DNA of 63,929 nucleotides, counting the filler, from Vezdaea acicularis (taxonomy: Eukaryota), in the NCBI GenBank assembly GCA_026025075.1. It is 3 parts of 3 records of this genome, joined end to end, with 100 filler letters (N's around TTAATTAATTAA, not from the genome) between each part and the next. Parts side by side here need not be neighbours in the genome. Positions count along the whole stretch, not along the records: positions 56,288 to 63,929 come from JAPEUI010000279.1; 2 more parts are not named here. One strand, given 5' to 3'. The translations under genes were made by a program, and so were the position numbers. Below, piece by piece: positions 58,149-63,929 of the stretch. Each line of letters opens with the position of its first letter. The stretch's first letter is position 1. The notes under the pieces are model-generated. The model was not told the origin of the DNA, ran no database searches, and saw only the letters and a program-made list of their open reading frames with translations.

Positions 58149-59402
58149 TGCCCAAGCGGCGAGGCCGAGCGTGCAGTAGCGGGGTGAAGCCACGACGGGC
58201 GGACCGCCCACGCAACGGTGAGGATCATTCCCACGCCCTCGCACCAGCGCCTGTCAAGACGGCCATCGCAGAAGCTAGACTGCCCCATCGCATCGGGGGG
58301 GCCCGTCGTGATACTGTAGCTCGATAACGAGGCCGGCGAAAGAGGAGACATGGCTTGAGACCCGGCCGCTGTCCGCTCCCTGGCCTAGCCCTGTCTGTCG
58401 TCTCGCGCATCCGTCCGCTGCCTGTCCGCCTGTCCGCCCTCTCCCCTCCCAACCCTCGTTCTCCTCTACCCTCTTTCTCTCGTCGCTCCCGCCGCCTCCC
58501 ATAAAGACCGTTGCTCACTCCCCTCGACCCACGATCCCCGTCCCGACATCGACTGCCATCGCATTCTCCTTTGTTGCTCGCTGCCACCACCCCGAGACCC
58601 TGATCACGGGGGAGACAGTCCTGTCCTTACGGCTAACTGCACTTCTGGCGTCGTTCCACGACTCACGCGCGAAACCACCTCAACCGACATCCGCATTCCA
58701 GCCTCCTCCATTCTGCCTCTATCACATCGGACCCGCGATTCGCACGACCAAGCCTGCAAAGCTACCTGGCTCGTCCTGGCGCCTCACTATCCATCGATTT
58801 ACTCTTTCACCGATTAGAAAGAAGCGATGCGGATCTATCGTTGATTGCACCGCCGTCTCTCAGGTTCGCCAGCTCGCGACAAACCACGGTTGCCTACGTT
58901 CCAATCGCGACAGGACTTGCGTAGCTTTACTCTTCCAAACCATTTGACCACTCTTGAACAAATAACCATACGCTCGCTTCCAAGTAATCCCATTGTCGTT
59001 ACACACTCTCAAGCTGGCCTAGAGCGCCGAGCTCGCCCTGACTCGCTCGCTACCTAATCGGCGGGATTCGATTCTCGACGCAAGAAAAGATCAACATCAA
59101 CTCCCGATCTGAGCCTTCGGCGTCTGAACTGCTTAGGCCACAAAAACAGCTCGCAATGCGTTAGTTGAGCGTACGATCCAGCTTGCGATCTGACCGGGAA
59201 ATCGCTCTTCGCTTCTCTTGCAAGATCTCCGGAAGCACAGTGCGCGAGAAAGCGTCCCAACCTCCAACACGAGCCCCAGACTGCGCGATTCGCCAGCTTC
59301 GGTCATTGTTGCCGCTGGAAACATTCTCTTCTTGCCGTTCTATCTTCTCCCTTCCGACATATTCTCTCGACAGCAGTCACGGATTGCGCCAATTCACTCA
59401 CA

Positions 59403-61538
59403 ATGCGCCGCCATCGACCAAACCTCTCGATTACACTCCCCAAGAACTTTACTTTCCATTATTCCGATACTCCCAAAACTCCCGAACATCCTCTCGAAGA
59501 TGAACCGACACAGCCGTCGCCACCCAGGGCGCGACCTATGCCTCGACCACGAGTACTCCTCGAGTCCCACTCACAACCGTCTACGTCCCTCTTCTACTCC
59601 GACGACTTCTCGATGCCTTCTATCGAACATCCAAACTCCTTCTTCACCTCGATTCAACCCAGCAACTTAGACGTGCCCCTATCAGCTGATTATTATCTAG
59701 CCCCCGTATCTGCGCGCACTCGAATGATAAAGTCTCCCAGGACGCCCGTAGCTCAGATATATCCATCTGGCGAGGATGTCGAGAAGGCAAGGCCTGATTG
59801 GGCAATATTGGTAGAAGCGAAGCCCGAAAACATCATACGACCTGATTCGGCATGCTCTGGTTTCTCCGAGTCCTCCAGTTCGTCGAGTGGAAGCTCTCTA
59901 TCATTCCCCTCCAACGGCGGCAGCGTAACGAGTCCTGAGAACGAATTAGCCGACCCATTCCAACTTTCCAGGGAGACAAAGGATCCAAAGGCTGGGGTCG
60001 GGAGTCTTGAGGCTGAAAAACGCAGGCTTAGCAAGCGTCGACGTCTCCAGCGGAATAAGCCCTGGACCGAGGAGATGGACAACCATCTGTGGTCTACCTA
60101 CCTTCTCTACCTTCAAGACCCAACTGTCACTCCTTTCAAAGTCCCCCCTGGAAGCGCTCCACCATTGGGAGTCTGTCATCGGGTGGCCAGGGAAGCTAAG
60201 CAGACCTGGAAGGGTTCACGACATTCTATAACTTCTATTTCAGATACTCGAAATACGCGGCTAGAGATCAAAAGAGAATCTGGCCTAAGAGACCCTCTCG
60301 ACGACATAAATGCTGTGCCAGCAGTCTGCACACGCCCTGCGGCCACGGAGCCTAAGAGCGGCAGTGTCACACCTAAGCAGGAGATACGGAAGCCTATCGC
60401 AAAATGGTCGAAGTCAGAGTCAGCAACTCGCAGACGGCTGCGCCTTCTATGCAACCAAAGAGCAGCTCCTAATCCTGTTCAAGCTCGAATGCTATCGCCA
60501 CGAGGGCTTACCCCATTCAATTCCAGGACTCGCGCCGTATCAACCCCCTCCCATATAGGCTCGACGCCGTTTTCCACTCGAGACATGAACCTCTCTCTCG
60601 CCATGAGCACCTCCAGCATGATGCAACCAGGTAGCTTCCTGGCCGCCTTCTCCCAAGAAGAACCAGAGGCAACGCCAGATAATGAGAACTGGTTCAACTC
60701 AGATATCACCCAAAGTACAGGGACCGAGTCGATAGGCATGGGACTCGGAATCAAAGGCCTTCAGCATGCCAACACCTTCCCATCACAACTCGGTTCTCCC
60801 TTCAACCCCGTCAGTTCCCAACCCCACCGACGCACCCGCTCTCGCCGAGTCCACGACGCGCAACCAAAGAAAGCCCGCGAAGTCCCGACCACCAGGCTCG
60901 GCTCCCCAGTCTACTTCAGCTCCAACTCGATGAAACGACGAGCGCAGCACCAACTAGAAGAGGAGCTGAGCCAAGAACGACCCAACCTGCCCACGGCAAC
61001 CAAGGGAGATTTCAACGAGACCCTGCCAGAGACTGGTCACCGCAGAGTGCGCAGTCGCGGGTTCAGCCTGGGCGATGTATCCGAGGGCGGCCACCACCAC
61101 CACCATCTCACCGACATCTTCACTCCACCAGTCCTCTACGACCAAATGTCCAGCACCGAGATCAAGCACGTCCCCACCTTCCTCGAGCGCGACGCCGATT
61201 CGAAGATGTCCTCTCCCATCGCGCCCCGCATCCAGCGAGCCGCCACCACCACCGAGCCCAACGAAGCCGATTCACGAATGTCATCACCTGAGGTGCCGCG
61301 CATCCGACCTCTGGGCTCTCCCTTCTCCGAAACAAAGCCAAACGACCACCTCCTCTCCCACGCCTACCTCCAACCCCACTCCTCCGTCTACAGCATCGCC
61401 ACCTTCCCCCGTGCCCAACCCAGCCTCTTCCTAGGCCAGTCCATTGGGCAGAGCTTGGAAGATCTGGCGCGCGAGAGAGAGGTGTGCGACGAGGCGAGTC
61501 GCAAGCGGAAGAAAGGCTCTAGCGTTGCGTCTGACTAG
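59403..61538 (+). CDS. Uncharacterised Ser/Pro-rich fungal protein with a compact central domain, intronless
   Basis: 711-aa ORF. Basic NLS-like KRRLSKRRRL precedes PWTEEMDNHLWSTYLLYLQDPTVTPF...PPLGVCHRVAREAKQTW; also ESATRRRLRLLC and repeated LGSP motifs. Confidence 0.85.
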   Translation: MRRHRPNLSITLPKNFTFHYSDTPKTPEHPLEDEPTQPSPPRARPMPRPRVLLESHSQPSTSLFYSDDFSMPSIEHPNSFFTSIQPSNLDVPLSADYYLAPVSARTRMIKSPRTPVAQIYPSGEDVEKARPDWAILVEAKPENIIRPDSACSGFSESSSSSSGSSLSFPSNGGSVTSPENELADPFQLSRETKDPKAGVGSLEAEKRRLSKRRRLQRNKPWTEEMDNHLWSTYLLYLQDPTVTPFKVPPGSAPPLGVCHRVAREAKQTWKGSRHSITSISDTRNTRLEIKRESGLRDPLDDINAVPAVCTRPAATEPKSGSVTPKQEIRKPIAKWSKSESATRRRLRLLCNQRAAPNPVQARMLSPRGLTPFNSRTRAVSTPSHIGSTPFSTRDMNLSLAMSTSSMMQPGSFLAAFSQEEPEATPDNENWFNSDITQSTGTESIGMGLGIKGLQHANTFPSQLGSPFNPVSSQPHRRTRSRRVHDAQPKKAREVPTTRLGSPVYFSSNSMKRRAQHQLEEELSQERPNLPTATKGDFNETLPETGHRRVRSRGFSLGDVSEGGHHHHHLTDIFTPPVLYDQMSSTEIKHVPTFLERDADSKMSSPIAPRIQRAATTTEPNEADSRMSSPEVPRIRPLGSPFSETKPNDHLLSHAYLQPHSSVYSIATFPRAQPSLFLGQSIGQSLEDLAREREVCDEASRKRKKGSSVASD

Positions 61539-63401
61539 CAAGAGGGGCCGACAAAAAAACTTTATAGATTTGATGACGAATGCTTCATGCTTCTGTTTTA
61601 GCCTCTTGTTTCTTCTTTCGGAAAAAAGATTTCTGCTTCTTTGTCATCTTTTAGGGGGATGGGGTTTATGTTAGCCCTGTATAGTTCCGCTCAGGCGCTA
61701 AGGACCTACCCCTGCCACCTTTTTTGTTTGGTAGCTGCTAGCTTGGCCCGGTTCCAGAATCCAGGCTGGCTGGGCTGAGCGGGGCTGGGGGAAGAGATTA
61801 ATGACAAAGAAAAAAATCTAATACTCACTTAGAGCTGATGTGCGAACTGCTTTGAATGCTAGATGATTGCAGCCGTTCGATGTCGAGGCCCTAGGCTTCT
61901 CGGCCCGGGGACATGTACTCGTTATGTATGTGCAAAATTCCTCCCTGCTAGAATCTCCCTCCTCTATAAGTGAATGCCTGAACCTATCCGAGTGCCATCC
62001 CTTCCTTTCGCCCGGATTTCAGGGGAGGCAACCCCGGTTTCTCCATGAAAAATACCGGTGGGTCCTCAGGGTAGGTGGCGAGAATGTCACAGGTCCTATG
62101 TGGAAACGATTGATCCGCAAAAGTCCCACATATACGCCCCGGTGACGAAAAGATGGAAAGGCCACTTCGTGAGCCACAATACCATCTAGACGTCGTTATG
62201 ATGGGAGTCTGGACCGACACCAAGCTGGCGCGGTGTCAGGTCCTAGATGGAAGGGTTTGGGCCCTTGACGAAGTCGAAGTGCAGTAGCTCGTGGAAGGGC
62301 ATGCCAAAATCCGAGGGGGGAGCGCCGGTCTTTAAGACACTGCGGTTTCCATTCTAATCTAGAAGGGTCGAGGGATATAAACGCAGATTTACAGGACTAG
62401 ATACGGTTGCTATTGAGCTGCACCAAGCGCTTTGGCCTATTCAGCAATATGTGCTCTCGTCGCCGCAACTATATATGCAGGGTGAGAGAATACTGGAGGT
62501 TTTGTTGGCGGCAATTAGGGTTTTGCGGACGGTGGCTGTGTCAGCCAAGCCTTTGGGACATCGTCACAGAGCCTGTTAGTCGAGTCTGCACTGTCTCCCG
62601 CTGTTGCGTTCTGCCGTGGGGCTTGGAAGGAGCAACTGTATTCATTGGAAATAAATGGGCTGAGCAGAGCCGCGGCGAAGAGCCCTCATAAGAAGAAACG
62701 AAATGGAAGTTGCTTCATTGATGAAGACATAAGAGCATATTCTGCCTCTTCTGACTTGGAGCTAGTGTGAGAAGATAAACTATGAGAGTGCATGGAGGAG
62801 TCGGTAGCCTCCATGCTAGATATCAATTGGCACCACCGTGGTGAAGCATTATAAAACCGCTCATGTAATTGAAGATATGAGACAACATTCAAACCACAGT
62901 ATCATGCTACATGCCTATGCAAAATGATGCTGGGACATAGTGAGTCGAATTGAAAGTAATGTTGACCGTTAGGTCTTTCTTCCGTAACTCCTCCAGCCCA
63001 TGCTCTGCTGGGTACTACATATAACGCATGGCTGATAGATATGGCGGACTATAACACGGCGACGATAGATGGAGCACTCTACAAGGAGTGTGTATGAGTG
63101 ACATTTGCAGAAGGAGGAACCTTGGACCAAATTGATGATGTCCAATTCTGTTACGGTCACTCTGGCCTTGACGTATTTCCCAAAGCGGTTAACCGTGCAT
63201 TCTTTCGCTGCGGTGATTGGCTTAAGGGAGGATGGCGCTAAGCTCAAAACATGCGGTTGCCGTCTTGGCGAATGTTTACAACAACACAAGGAGTAGAACC
63301 TCACCAGCCGTCTTAACGACACTTTACCACATCGACAACTTCGCAACCTCTGCAGTTTCTTCAAGTCGCCGACGTCTGGCATTCCTGGTAAACTATCAGC
63401 C

Positions 63402-63929
63402 ATGGCGGTCACTAGCGACCTAATCGATTTCGACATCATTGAGAGCCACAAGGAGAACATCCAATCTCTTCCCGGCGGTCGATCAGCGAAGGCGCTCGCA
63501 TCCGCATTCTCACCTTCGCCTTTGGGCAAGCAATCCATACCGACGCCGTCAGACACCCAGAATATAAATGATGTGTTCCGTCAAGAGTTTGAGACTGAAA
63601 TACTGTCCATTTCGGAGTCGGACGATCCTCTAGATATCTACGACCGATATGTGAAATGGACGCTCGATGCTTATCCATCAGCGCAAGCGACGCCCAATTC
63701 ACAATTACTGCCACTATTAGAGCGGGCTACCAAGGCGTTCCTCACATCCACACACTACCGGAACGATCCAAGATATCTGAAGCTCTGGCTGCATTATATC
63801 CACCTCTTTTCAGACTCTCCCAGGGAAACATTTGCGTTCCTCGCGCGACATAACATCGGGGAAAGCCTTGCATTGTTCTACGAAGAATTTGCTGCTTGGC
63901 TTGAGGGGGCTGGACGCTGGGTACAGGCC
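63402..63929 (+). CDS. BUB1: Spindle-checkpoint protein Bub1/Mad3(BubR1), N-terminal part (runs off the window)
   Basis: ATG 63402: MAVTSDLIDFDIIESHKENIQSLPGGRSAKAL (KEN box), then DDPLDIYDRYVKW, LLERATKAF and YRNDPRYLKLWLHYI (Mad3/Bub1 homology region 1). Confidence 0.9.
   Translation, partial: MAVTSDLIDFDIIESHKENIQSLPGGRSAKALASAFSPSPLGKQSIPTPSDTQNINDVFRQEFETEILSISESDDPLDIYDRYVKWTLDAYPSAQATPNSQLLPLLERATKAFLTSTHYRNDPRYLKLWLHYIHLFSDSPRETFAFLARHNIGESLALFYEEFAAWLEGAGRWVQA

Noticed and set aside
57875..58590. Several 110-160-aa ORFs in the GC-rich region before 59403
   Set aside because: Low-complexity Arg/Ser/Gly translations expected from GC-rich promoter or leader DNA; no domain signal.
62969..63714. 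Minus-strand ORFs 62969-63556 and 63436-63714
   Set aside because: Antisense to the BUB1/MAD3 5' region, which is the real gene and is missing from the ORF track because it has no stop in the window.

Overview
Eukaryotic, intron-containing, gene-dense window from a filamentous ascomycete (Pezizomycotina-type genes and splice signals). It is made of three contigs joined by two 100-nt N/TTAATTAATTAA/N linkers (28224-28323, 56188-56287). About 20 protein genes are supportable: an FAD monooxygenase, MDP1, MER3/HFM1, a UDP-galactose-type transporter, a 2288-aa HeLo-like/NACHT/ankyrin NLR, AHA1, an inositol 5-phosphatase, a PKA-family catalytic subunit, an acyl-CoA synthetase, a DUF4336-like protein, a MARVEL-like protein, ROM2, VMA11, a CysA/Cys2-type acyltransferase, the 5' end of BUB1/MAD3, and several hypotheticals. 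Four things stand out. (1) A 1662-bp non-autonomous foldback-type element (3492-5153) has an 8-bp TSD, ~300-bp near-identical arms built from 66-bp modules, a nested terminal hairpin and an AT-rich core. (2) Immediately beside it is a four-module array of paired CACGTG boxes with fixed 20-21-bp spacing. (3) A secreted Kex2-type polyprotein carries two repeated peptides and a 6-Cys terminal domain. (4) A palindromic MCB/SCB cluster lies upstream of an uncharacterised S/T-P-rich protein. All calls come from reading the sequence by eye; no database search was run.
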